In this document: positions 10,193-23,800 of the stretch, piece by piece
Numbering within the stretch: position 1 is the stretch's first letter
Layout of the letters: every line of letters begins with the position of its first letter
NCBI GenBank assembly: GCA_050273025.1
Contig: CP158635.1
Coordinates: 9,548,001 to 9,612,000, forward strand
Origin: Cenococcum geophilum
Lineage: Eukaryota
Reading direction: 5' to 3'
DNA length: 64,000 nt
Position numbers and translations under genes: made by a program
Notes under the pieces: generated by a model
What the model was told of the DNA's origin: nothing
What the model saw: the letters and a program-made list of their open reading frames with translations, nothing else
Databases searched by the model: none

Positions 10193-13100
10193 TGTTAGCG
10201 ACTTAGTCAATCGAGGTACGAGTACGGCGAGAGGGACGCGCAAGCCTGTACGATTGGGTTGTCTATAAACGAGGATCCAAAGCTAGAGAAAGGAAAGGAG
10301 AAGAAGGGTAGCGCTACTTAAAGTTTTATACAATCCTCAAGTCACGTAAGCTTATGTAACTCTACGTCTACCATAACGTCTACCATAATCCACCGTTTTC
10401 CACCAGCGCCGTAACATTGCCCCCCCTCCGAAAAAGCCTGCCCTTAGACTTTATATGTCCGTATTATGTCTATAGGATGTTCTTATCTATATGCTTAATA
10501 GGTAGCTTATTATCTTTGCTATACTAGCACTCCATCTATTTATCTAGATACTTTAAGGGTCCTAGCTTATTAGGGTATTAGTTATAGAATTTTTTAAGCT
10601 TCTAGGGGTAACCTATAAAGTTTTAGGCGGGGTACTAGGTTGGGTCTAGATTGTAACCTTTCTATTAGATATGGTATTTTAGCGTTCCTTATACTAGTTT
10701 ACAGGCTAGTATTTTATTAACTTCCCATTTGTCGTCGCCATTAACTTAAATTAGTAGTAGAGGCTCATTCTTTTATCTAGGTAGTGGGTTATTTGCAGCT
10801 TTTTATAGCTTATCTGGTAAGAAAATAGGGTGGACTTTAATTAAGTCTAGGAGTTTAACCTTATATAAGTTGCCTTCTTTATTAAGGATCTTATATAGTC
10901 CTGCCATCTTATAGTCTATCTTACAGCTAGGCTATTCTGTCTTTTAGTTCTTTATTATAACCTAGACCTTATTACCTACAGTAAAGTTAGACTTACGCCT
11001 ATACTTATTTGCCTACTATTCTATTAATTTCTAAGCCTTCTCTAGGTTCTTATAGGCTACCGTTTATACTTCTTCTAAGCGTTTAGCATATTGCTATACT
11101 TCTTTATAAGATAGTTTTTTACGCGTGGTTTATAGTCCTTCTAGTCTTTTCTAGTTAAAGCTTATATGGGGTAAGTATTCTATTTTTAGCTAAATAGGTG
11201 CAAACCCCGTAGAGTTATAGGGTAGGGTTGCCTAGGCGTAGTCCATTATAGGTAGTAGTTTGCTTTAGTTGTCCTAAAAGTAGTTAATAAAGGGCCGGAG
11301 TCTCTAGTCTAAGTATTAATTTACAATCTCCGTCTAACCGTTTATCTAAGGGTAGTATGCCGTAAAGAGCTTTAGCCTAATACTTAGGATCCAGGTAAAC
11401 TCGTTCTAGAAGGCTAATATAAACTACGGCCTATAGTTAAATACGATAGTATCTGGTAGTCCGTAAATTTGGTAGATATAGTAGATATATAGTTAGGCCG
11501 CCTCTTTAGCATTAATATTCTTATAATAGGGGATTAATAATAGGCGCTTGCTAAAGCGGTTAACTAGGATTATAACTATATTATATCCGGCGCGGTCTAT
11601 AGGTAACTTATAAAAGTCTATAAAGATATACTGCTAGGGGCGTTCTGGTATTAGGAGTGGCTTTAATAGCCCTAGGGTCTTATCTTGTGGAATTATAGAT
11701 CTACAGCAGTTATCGCAGTTCTATATATAGTGGTTAATATCTATAACCATTCTAGGCCAGTAGTAGCGGTCGCTAATAATTCTACGGGTTTTATTTTTTC
11801 TAGGGTAGGTCGTAGAGACCTAAGTATATGCTTCGGCGATAAGCTAAGTCTATAAATCCTATTCCTCTACCACTACTAGCCGTTTCTAGTGCTTAAGCAG
11901 TCCGTTTTTAAGGGACTATAGGCTAATAGCATCCTTTACCTTTTTACGGTACTCCTATAGAGAAGGGGCCGTACGGTTTGCCTATAGTAGTTTATTAATA
12001 AGGTTAAGTTCCGTAGAGTTAATGGGATATATCTTAGCGTCTAAAGGGTCTATATTTAGTTCTGCCTATATCTAGGGGTTAAGGCGCTCTAGTTATAGTA
12101 GTGTCTAAATCTATAGTAAGATCTTTGCAGCTGTTTAGTTATCTAGGTCATGTTAACGACTTATAAAAGTATCTGCACGGTTTATAGCGCCTAGTCTATA
12201 TATAATTAAGAAGTTAAATTAAAATAGAATATCCGCCTAGTATGCCTGCTGGGCCGTAAGGGCCTTATAATCCGATACTACCTAGATAAGTTTAGGGGTC
12301 CCTTCTAGCTATGCACATTAGTACTAAAAGTAAGAGATAATAGCTAGCATTTCTTTATTATGGAAATGGCAGTTTAGCTCAGCGTCTATTATAGTCTTTA
12401 AATAGTATATAATAGGGTACTATTTTCCATTAGGTTACTTCTAGAAATAGACACTAGCTATTACACTATCTAAGGTATTAGTTTCTAGCATTAAGGGCCG
12501 TTTTAGGTTAAAGTGGGCTAGTAAGGGAGCTAATACTAGCCGTTTCTTAAGCTTATTAAAGGCCTACCTATAAATAGCGTTAAAGTAAAAGGGCTGGTCT
12601 TTTTTAATAAGATGGTTAAGAGGCCGGGCGATTCTACTATAGTTCTTAATAAAGCGTTAGTAGAAGTTATAGAACCCTAAGAATAACTAGATTCCTTTTA
12701 CGGTCTATAGTAGTTCCTACTAGTTAATTACGGCCGTCTTCCCTAGGTCCGCCTTAATTCCGTCTATACTAATAATAAACCCTAGGTACTTTATACGCTT
12801 AATACTAAATTCTAACTTTTTAATATTAGCCTGGAGGCTAGCCTTGCGGAGCTACTATAGGACTTTATAGATATGCTCCTTGTATTCTAGCTTATTCTTA
12901 GAGTAGATTATAATATTATTTAGGCAGGCCGTATAAAAGTTGTCAAGGTAGTTAAAGAGTACGTTGTTTATATACCATTGGTACGTAGCTAGTCCATTAG
13001 TTAGTCTAAAAAGAAGTACCTTATATTTATACGTTCTGTAATAGGCCTAAAATATAGTAAGATCCTTAGACCTAGGGTCTATCTTAATTTAGTAGAAGGC

Positions 13101-16078
13101 CTAGCGGATATCTAGCTTTATAAAGATCTTAGCTCTACTTATTTAGGCTAGAGTTTTATTAAGTAGGGGTAGCAGATAACAGTCCTTATAGGTTATATTA
13201 TTTAGCTTATAGTAGTTAATGCAGAAGCAGAGTCCTCTATTTAGTTTTTTAATAAAGAGAATAGGCGAGTTAAAAGGGGCTTAGCTAGGCTTAATAAAGC
13301 CCGTACCTAGGTTATTAATAAGGTACTACTTTATAGCCTATAATTTGGTAGCAGACTACTAATAAAGGGGGCTATAGCTAAGGGTGTTTTCCTTATCTGG
13401 CTTAATCTTAATCTTATAGTTATATGGTTAGTAAGGCGGAAGTATATTGGACGCTGCCTTAGAGAATACATCCTTAAATTTCTGATATTAATAGGGCAGT
13501 TTTTAATCTACTAGTTCCTTATCTATAAGCTCGCTTTCTTATCCGCTAAGCTTACTTTTCTTTTCCTTAATTATTTAATTAATTTTATATAAGCTAGTTA
13601 TAAAGGTAACGGTATTAGGCTGAATTAAGTTCTAATAGAACCCTATGGCGCTAATATAGCAGATATTAACTAGTAGAAGGTCCGTAGGTTTCTTTACTAA
13701 TATTTATTAGGCCATATTTTGCCGTATAGAATTTATAGTCTTCCTTAGCTTACGTTCTATTTTCTATAAGTTATCCTTTTGGTTAATTAGTTTAGTATAG
13801 CGTCCGATATTTTTAGCTTTCCTTTATAGCTGCGTAGGGCCTATATTTTCTATAGGGGGCTTAATTAGGTCACTATTAACTTCCTAGGCCTCTAGTGCGG
13901 GTAGCGTAATATAGGTAGTCTATAGGCGGCGCAGTATATAGATCCGTTGCAGATTAAGCTATATATCCTTCTTAAAGGTCTAGTCCCTATATATAGCATT
14001 AGCCTAGTAAATAGTATTAATCTAGGGCTGTATAAGGTTTTCTATTATAATGCTAATTTCTTTTATAAAATAAGGGGTTAGGGGTAGGGTTTTAGGCTAG
14101 ATAAGCCGTCTACTCCGTATATTAAGCTATAAGCCTAGATAGGCTAGCTATTTTCTCCCTAAAATTATATTATAGCTTCCTAGGTCCGTAATAAGAAAGG
14201 GAATATTATATTATCTTTGTCCGTTAACACAGAGGTAGATCCGTAAGATAGTTATAATAGGTAGTTCTATCTATCCGTTATACCCGCGGATAGGGATTAG
14301 TTTAGGTAGTTCTTTAAGGGGTATATTTAAAAAATTAGCCAGCTTTACGGCATACTAGGTGTCTATTAAGGTAAAGGTATTTACTCTAGAGTTAGCTAAA
14401 GTAGAGGTTAAAACTTAATATCTATTATAGAATAAAGTATAAGGGATAGTGTAGCTTCTTCTACTAACTAGCCAACCCAGATTAATATATAACATATTAA
14501 TTCCTTTTAATCCTAAAGAGGAGTTTTTCTCTAGGGTTCCTTTTTTTCCAACTCTGCCTCCATACTATCCTCCTAGATTAGTAGGACCTTATCCTTTTTA
14601 ATATTTGTTAGGTATTTAGCTATACGGTAACCCTTTTAACCTTATATAAAGTAAGCTCCTTAGTCGCTAAGGGCCTACCTACGGGGGTCGCTATATAAAG
14701 GCCAAGTATACGCTGGAGTTATGGCGGGACTAGCTGTACGGCTAGCTACTAGGTTAATAGTAGGCGGTACGGTCGGTACTATAGGGGTTGCAAATATTAC
14801 TAGGGCACTACGGCCTATTTTTATAGCACTTATATTTTAGTTGGCGGAGCTTCTAGCCTTATACCGCTCTATATATACCTTAATTCGCTAGAGGCCCTAG
14901 TTAATAGCTAGGCATTAGTCTATAAGTTCCTTTAGCGTCTATACGGTAGTATAAACCGGTAGTATAGCGCGCTATAGATCTAGGGTAAGCTTATTAAAGA
15001 GGTCTAGCATTAGATCCTCCTAGGGAATTTAGGCCTATTTAGATAGGTGCAGAAAGCGGGTCTAGAAAACCAAGAAGGTTTCCGTTATTTTCATTATTAG
15101 GCTTTTATAATTAAAATGGGCGTTCTATACCTTAAAGGGGTCCTTATAAATAGAAGACAGGTAGTTAATTATCTCTTCTTTAGAGAGGAAGGGGTCTGCC
15201 AAGTCCTAGGCGTATCGCGGACGTAGATACGTCTATACGTCCCTACCAGTACGGCCAAAGACGTAGGCCATCTTAGCTTAAGTAGTAGGGAAGTGGTCTA
15301 TATTAACTTTAAGCTTGTCTTATAATTAAAGCTTCTAATTATTAAATATAGGGTTAGTTCTATCTATAAGTAATAGGGGGTCCGCGACCTTTATAGACCG
15401 GGATAATACTATACGCTAGGCTAGGGCCTTAAGGACCGTAGCAAGTCTATTTAATAAGTCATTAGTTAATATAGGGGTATCTCTAGCCTTAAGCAGCTCT
15501 CGCAGTCGTTTAATTTCAGCATTAGCTACCGCGAGTTTCGCCTAGGGGGTTAAGACAGTAATTATTTTATTATTAGAGGTATTTAAGGGTCCTATAGCTG
15601 CTTTACTAGCTATAGTATTTCTTAGCATAGTGGTAAGGGTATTAGGTAATTTCTAGTAGGTTTCTGTAGGGGTTCTGGCCTATATATGTTCTGTGAGTCC
15701 TATTTTATTCTTTTCTATTCTTTCTAGTTCTATTTTGCCTTTTTAAGTTTAGGTAATAGTCTTTAGGTCTAATTCTATATTCTGTTCTAGTTTATAGTCT
15801 TATAGATATATTTAAGTTCCTTCTTAGGAAAAAGAGTAGAAGAGCTTTAGATAATGTTAGTGACTTAGTTAATTAAGGCATAAGCACGGCAAGAGGGACG
15901 CGCAAGCCTATATAATTGGATTGTCTATAAACGAGGATCCAAAGCTAGAGAAAGGAAAGGAGAAGAAGGGCAGCGCCACTTAAAGTTTTATATAATCCTC
16001 GAGTCACGTAAGCTTACGTAACTCTGCGTCTACCATAACGTCTACTATAATCTACCATTTTCCACCAGCGCTGTAATA
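10193..16078 (-). mobile_element. Complete Gypsy chromovirus (5886 bp), RIP-degraded
   Basis: LTRs of 224 bp at 10193-10416 and 15855-16078, TSD GGCCT at 10188-92 and 16079-83, and PPT at 10417-10430 on the minus strand. gag-PR-RT-RH-INT-chromodomain is readable on the minus strand. Confidence 0.95.
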
Positions 16079-19000
16079 GGCCTGCTGCATCCTCTACTAA
16101 TTAGTAAACGCTACTAGCAGTACGTCTCTTTTAATTTTAAGTCCTTCCTAATAGATAAAAAGGGCTTTAACAACGTCTTTATAGTTATTAATAAACTAAG
16201 TAAGAGAGCCTTCTTACTACCCTACTATAAAACTGCTACCGTAGCGGATATAGTAAACCTATACTACTAATACGTCTGGCGCGTGTACGGCCTCCTAAAG
16301 ATAGTTACATTAGATTAAGGACCCTAGTTTATCTTAGCCTTTACAGATAAGCTATATAAACTAACTGGCGTTAAGTAAAAGCTCTCTATAGTTAGTTACC
16401 TACAAACTAATAGTAATACGGAGGTACTAAACTAGTACATTGACTAACGCTTAAGACTATTTATTAACCACTACTAGAACAATTAGTTAGAGCTCCTCCC
16501 CTATATAGACTTTATATAGGCAATCTTACTGCATAAATCTACTGGCTTTGCACTATATAAGCTAGAGCTAGGATTTAAGCTAAGGCTCTACTTTAACTGG
16601 GAGGAATGTATATAAATAGCCTTAATACCTTATAAGAAGCTAACACGATAAAAAGCTTAAGCCTTCGTATATAAAACCTAAGACGCAGTTAAATGGGCGA
16701 AAGATAACTTAGTTAAGGCGTAAGAGCGGTAAATAAGGCAAGCTAATAAGCGCCGTTATAAATTAGACCTTGGAGTAGGTAATTAAGTATACATTACTAA
16801 GAAGGGCTAGGCTACTAATTAACTAAGTATTAAGCTATATAGATAGTGTTACGGACGCTTTAAGTAAAGGGCTATAACTACTTAGAGAGGAGTCGGAGGG
16901 AGCTAGTTAATTAATTGAGGTATAGTCTAGGATGGAACCCGTAGAACTATATAATAAAGAATAGTAAGCAAGTTATATAACGTTATACGCAGTATACGCG
17001 AGATATGGATTGTATGTACGTACAATACGTATAACACGTACTTTACGTATAAGGAGAGTTTCTTAGGAGTACAGATATGTATTTAAGGACTTATAGTCCC
17101 TACCTAGATAGTTCCTTTCCTTATAGTGAATCTTAGAATATAATTGGAGTTAATCTGTTAGGCAACTACTCTACTAGTTATTATTATTCGTTGTTAACTC
17201 GTTTAATATCTATACACCTAGCCTATTAATAAGTCCACCGTAGTTCCTGCTATAAGGCTTCATTACACATTCACTACTACGGTTATAGTATTAACGGGAA
17301 GTTGAATAATATGCCACTAAAAGCACCAGTTATAACGCCGTCTATAGTAGTAACTACCTTAGGGACGAGCGAGGACGCCAGTATATTAAATACAAGTTTA
17401 TAGCTAGTCATAATAGGTCAGTTATAGAAAATGGTTAATTGATTAATAAATAACAATTAAATACTTAAAGATTAAATTAATGGAATTAGAGCAGTAAAGG
17501 TTAAGTTACCATTAGTTAAACAATTCTTAGGAAAGAAGTTAAAGCTTAAAGGATTTCTTATATAAATGCAATTTAAGGTACTATAAGAGGGAGTAAAGTT
17601 AGCTACACCTATAGACCAAGTAGTCTATATAGGACTGTTCTTATTAGGAAGGGTATTGGAATAGTTTAAGCTATACCTTACTAATATACAGGAAAAAGGA
17701 GACTAGACTACTAACTTAGAAGTTAAGTTTATATTCTTAAGTTAGGGAGGATTTGCGGAATAACTTATATAGATATTTAGGGACCCTAAAGCAACAATAA
17801 TAGTAGAACGAAAGCTTTAAAATATAGTATAATGTACTTTAGCAATTAAGTATATAACCTAATTTCAGATACTATCGGCATAGGTTAAATAGAACGATAA
17901 GGCGCTTATGGTATAGTATAAATAGGGACTTAAGGCTAAAGTCTAGGACGTAATTATTCTAATAGAAGATGCGGAAACAATAAGAGACTTAATTAATTAA
18001 GTAATTAAGATTAATAATAGGATCTACTAAAGGGAACAAGCTAAGAGAGGGTAAGACAGAGTTTTATAGTTATATAAGGCGTAGAGCACGTATTAATAAA
18101 GCTAAAATTAAAAACTATAGAATAGGCTAGAGCTAATAGACTTAAGCGGCACTAAAGAATCTAAGAGATAGAATAAGAAACTATAGAAACCTAGAGGTTA
18201 AGGATTAAGTAATTATAGAACTAAGGAGCAGAGGCTAAACTAGGGATCTTAATAGTAGAAGACGTTTAGGCGGACTCTATAGTAAAAAGATTGGTTTAAA
18301 TTAGGAGCTTATATAAATTATAGAAAACAGGGTTATTTCGCCAAAGACTATAGAGGTAGTTAGAGTAACCACGCGGTAAAAGGTATAAAATCGTTAGAAT
18401 ATAATAATACGGATATAAGGGTATTACGCAGGACTAAGGAGTATTTAATTAAACACTTTACGTTTTGTTATAATAACGCATACTAAATTTATAAGGACGC
18501 TAAGTATGGCGCAAGCTATTAGCTATAAGAGCCTAAGTTAAAAGGACTTAAAGGAACTAGAGAGTTAGATAAAGAATAAAATTAAATTTATAAGCTGGAT
18601 TAAGATATTATAGTAATATATAGATAAAGATTAGCAACCATAATAATAGAGTTAGAGTACTTATTAATTAATAGTGATAAGGAAGAAAAAGGGACTAACT
18701 GGGAGTACCTAAACCTTAATAATATAATAGAAGTAGAGACTAAGACTATTATAGAACATAGTTTAGTAGCGGGTATTATAAAACTACTAGATATAGCATC
18801 TATTGCTTTATAAGATAGAAGGAGTAATATTTAAAGATAATTAAGTAAGTAGACAACTGCTAGTGCTAGCTTACTACTTAATAAAGGCAAAAGGCTATAG
18901 GCTTAAGATTCTTAAGCAGAGATATAAGACGCTTAAGATTCTTAAAATAAGATAAAACACACCTAAAAACCTATAATAGACAATAACTAATGGGAAAGGG

Positions 19001-20898
19001 TAATAGCTTAGTTCTAAGACTAGCAAATAAGTACGGGACATAAGTTTAAGAACTATAAGTTTAGGGAATAAGTAAAGACGTCTATACTAGGGGAACACAG
19101 TGTTTAGCCTAAAGGTTAAAAAGTTAATATAATAATTAAAAAGTTTAATAATATTAAAAACCTATATATAAGACGCGATAAGATAGAAACTATAAAGGAG
19201 TTTAGGCAAAGGATTCTTACATAGCAAGAAAAGAAGTTTAATTAGAGATTATATAGATGTATAAGGGATAGAGCACCTATATAGAAAGTAACTAATAGGC
19301 CATAGATAGGCACGCTAAGGGCAAAATAGTTAAATAAACTGGAATAAGAAGAGGATCTAGGAATCCTAACTAGATTTAAAAAAACATATACTAAAGGTTA
19401 TTACAATATAGCAATAATAAGGTACTTTCTTATAGATAGGCTGTATATACTAAGCCAGTTATATAGAAAGTGGTATAGATAAAGGCATAATAATAAGTGG
19501 GAAGACTTTTATATATAGTTAGATAAAAAGGTTGTTTAGGATTAACCTATTATAGAAAAACATATAAATCATATTAAGGGAGCATTAATTATAATGTTAA
19601 GGAACCTAGAAGAAGGATTTAGGGACTAGAGAAATAATTAATAAATCTTAGTACCTATAAAAGAAAGACTAGTAGTTAGAATAACTAAATAGAGGTTTAA
19701 TCTTAAGGATAAAGATAAACTAAGAGTTAACCTAAGTTACCTAGCGTATTATATATTATTATAGATAGCTTATATAAATAACACGTATAATATACATAAA
19801 ATACTAAAGGACAAAATTTAGAAGTACCTAGTAAGGATATATTAGGTACCGGATAAAAGGCAATATAGAGATGCTAAGTATATACATAGTTGGCACCTAG
19901 TAGAAGTTTAAGGATAAGGAGACTTAATACTTTAACTAGGAAGATTACTTATGGAAAAATACCTAGATAGATAATAGTGGTAGAAGTGCCTAAAGAATAC
20001 TTATCTATAGTATATAGAGGAAAAGAAGCAAACTAAGTATTAGCCTAGGTTAGACTAAGTACAAATAGGATCTAGTAGCTAGTAGTTAGGAAAAGGAGAG
20101 GCCTATAAAACTAGAGGGAACTAGTAGTAAAGCCTTAGACCCTTAAAGGAATTCTAGAATAATACCTAAACTTAAAAGTTAAATGGCGAGATTAACAGTT
20201 TAAAGTATTAATAGATAGTGGAGTAATAAGGAACTACATATTACCAGTAGTAGTGGAAAGGATAAGGTTACCTTATAGGTAGAAGGAATACCTATATCTA
20301 CTAATAACAATTTTAGGAGATTAGATAGCCTATAGAGAAGATATTATTAATCTTAAAATAGGACCTATTTAGTTAACTATTAAAGAAAGACGAGTTAAAA
20401 TATCTTTTAATATCCTACTATTAGGAAAGGATAAGGTAATACTAGAAATGCCTTAGTTATAAAAATATAATCTAAAGATTAATTAGGTTATAGGTCAGGT
20501 TAATATTAGGGATACTTAATAATATAAAATATAACAGCAAACTAAGTTAGTATAGTACTAAGTTGGAGTAATATATAAAGAGACTAAGCGAGGCTTAAGT
20601 TATATACTAAAGAGATACTATAAGTATGGGAAAAAGTTATGGTTACTAAAAAGTAAAAAGCTGTTAGAGTATATAGTATAGGACTATAAGATAGAATTAG
20701 AACTAGAAATAAGTCTAAGGTTCTTTCTAATATATAAGCTTACTAAAACCAAGTTAATAGCGCTTAAGGAGTTTATCCAGGAAAACTTATAAAAGGGATA
20801 TATTAGACTATTATAGTTATTAGTAGGATATCTAGTACTATTCATCCTAAAGAAAAACGGAAAACTTAGGATGTGCATTAACTATAGACAGTTAAATA

Positions 20899-23800
20899 AT
20901 AATAAATTTAATTTACCGCCCGTCCTAGTCCCCCTAGTGGGTCCACGCAGGCTAATACCTTCTATAGGAAAAACTCTAACTTAGAGAAAACCCTACCTTG
21001 GGCCGCGCTAGAGAGATAGCAGCGTTCCAACATTAGAGCGCCAGCGGCTCGCCTTTTACCTACCTTTAAGTCTGCATATTAAGCTAACTGGCCGCGCTTT
21101 ACGGATAATCTTACTCTACCCCCTTCTTTCCTTATCCTTTTACCCTTATTTTTTTACTAGTCCTCTAGGCTTTAAAAGGGCTAGTATCTACTTATGTCCT
21201 TTATATCTATTACCTTTACTACCTAAAACTAGGGTAACGCACCTAACTATACTAGCTATTTTGCTGCCGCTTAGGCGCTTTCTTTATTATTTAAAACATC
21301 TTAACGGCGTTTAAAGGCGCATTTTGCTATAAAGTCCGCCCTTTAGTAGTATGGATACTAAAATAGTATATAGTGGACTGTCTGCCTTATCTAGCTATAT
21401 TCGCACTATAGGAGAACCGCTAATACACTAATAGATGCAAGCTATGTATTAAGCCCTATTACCTCTATACAAAGAAGAAATAGTACTATAGCCTTTACTT
21501 TTGTTAGGCCTTTATATAATAGGATTATAGGTTTCCCCTATAGGGTCTTCTATATGGTTTCTATATGGTCTTTAGCCTTTACCTACTACCGTTATCGCCA
21601 TTCTAAATCTGCCTATTTCGCGATAAAGGTGGTTGCCTGCCTTTAGTGCTAGTGACCTCCTATATAGTAGCGGCGCTTTACCTACGCTTTGCCGGCGTTC
21701 CGCTAGCCGCGCTTATAGAGGTTTATTATAGCTTCCCGCTTTATATAGTCCTTCTAGTATATAAGAAAGCCTTATATTTTATTTTTACGGTCCTTTACGC
21801 GTTCCCTAAGCGCTTCTAATAGTACTAGTAGCCGTTTTATTTTTTGCTAGCGCTTTACTAATATATTTTAGATACTATTAAGTGCCTCTACTAATTCCTT
21901 TTTTACCCTATTAGAGGCCGTCTTAGCGGCTCTTTAGAGGGCTGTCGTTTTAATATGGAGTTGGATTAGGGGAATAGCCGCTTTCTTCTCCATTGCAGCT
22001 ATTAGTATTCGCTAGTATGCCCCTATAACCCTACGGAGACACTAGTTTTAGACTTTCTATAGTGGTTTAAGCAAGCTTTTCGCTGGCGTTCCGCCGTTGT
22101 CCCGTACTCCCCACACTTAGGCGCTATATAGCATTGCTGGTTGGACGGTGGCTATATATAGGAGGCGTAAGTGGCGTATTAATGGGCCCTATGTAGACGC
22201 GGTAATTCTTAATATTGCTTTAAAGGCTGCTAAGCCCTTACTTATAGCCTTTTTAACCTGTTCTTTCTATTAGAGCTTAAGGTCTACCTAGATCTCTAGG
22301 ACTCGCATACTAGTTTTCTAGGGGGCTGTTTTGTAGCTGGCAATACGCACGGTAGACGCAAGATCTATAGTGGCGTGGTGTTGTTGCCTTATAAAGTATA
22401 TAAGCTAGTACTTCTTAGGGGCAAACGCCGCCCCGTGTTAATTTGCCTATGCAGCGTAGTAGTTATAGGCGGCCTCTAATTGTCGACAGTTCTCTGCTGT
22501 GGAGTCCCCTTAGGTAATAAGGTTTGTGTTATCTATAAAGCTAAACCCTAGCGTGCCGCTATTAGGGCGCTAGAATTCCTCTAATAGCTCTAATATAAAA
22601 AAGAGAAATAAGATTGGTGATAAGGGTGACCCCTAGGGGATGCCTGTCTATGTTTAAATCTAGTTGCTCTTATATCCTATAAACTTAATACGGGTTTTAT
22701 ATGCTGTTAGGAAGCTTTATATAAAGTCTATAAGCCACTTTAAAAAGCCTTTTCTTTTTAAAATATAGAGGAGCCTTTTATAGGAGACGTTGTTAAATAC
22801 CCCTACTAAGTCTAGGCTTAGCATTAACACTATATACCCGTGGCGCGTTTACTACACTATTTATACGTAAGAGCTAAGTAGTTCTACCGCTAATAGTATA
22901 GATTATTTACGCCTTACTCCTATCTAGTTCTAAGGGAGTAGCCTATGCTCCTCCGCAGCCTTAGATATAATATTAGCTATATACTTTTCTAGGACTTTTG
23001 CTAGCGTGTTTTTAAGGGTAATTAGTCTATAGCTACCTAGGAGAGAGTAGTTTTTCTTTCCTTTTTTATATAATACTATAGTTATAGATTCTTTAAGGCT
23101 TTTTAGTATTATTCCGCTAGTAAAGCAATAACTGGCTGCTTCTGCTAAATCTTTTATAATAACTAGGGCAGCCACTTTAAGGACTTTGTTTGGTATGCCA
23201 TTTAGCCCTAAGGCTTTTCCATTTAAAAGACTCCTAATAAGCTTACTAATTTCTTCTGTTAAGATAGTGGGGCTAATATTAAGCATATTTTGTTCCCTTA
23301 TTATCTCTATATTACTAAGGTCTACTGTTTTAGTTTTAGGAAAGAACTTAGCTATAAGGATATTGGCCTTTATAATATTATTGTTTATTAAGGGATTCTT
23401 AGTAGACCTCCTAAGGTCTAGTAAATAGGGGTCCGCCTTTACTATGCTTGCTTTTCTGCTCTATTTTAATAGAGTCTAAAGTCCCTTATTATATGGTTTT
23501 AATTAATCTTTAGTAAGTTTATAAATAAAGCGTCTTTAGTTATTACAACTAACTCTCCTAGTCTCTTTTTATAGTTAATTATTTAATGCTAAATATCTTT
23601 AGTGGTCCTTAGGGTTGTTATAAGCTTAGAGCTATTGTCGCGCCTATTAGGCGCCGGCGTGGAGCTATATAGCCTATGGCGACTATTCTTAATGGGCCTA
23701 CTAGCTAGGCTGTGCTTATAAGCAGTATTCTTTAAGTGCTTACTTAATCCCTTCCTAAAGGGCTTAAAAGGGGTCTTTAAATGTGGTCTAGTTAAGCTCC

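Noticed and set aside
22930..23286. 118-aa ORF, longest in the track (also 50322..50537)
   Set aside because: These are stop-free fragments of RIPed LINE RT and Gypsy integrase, not standalone genes.
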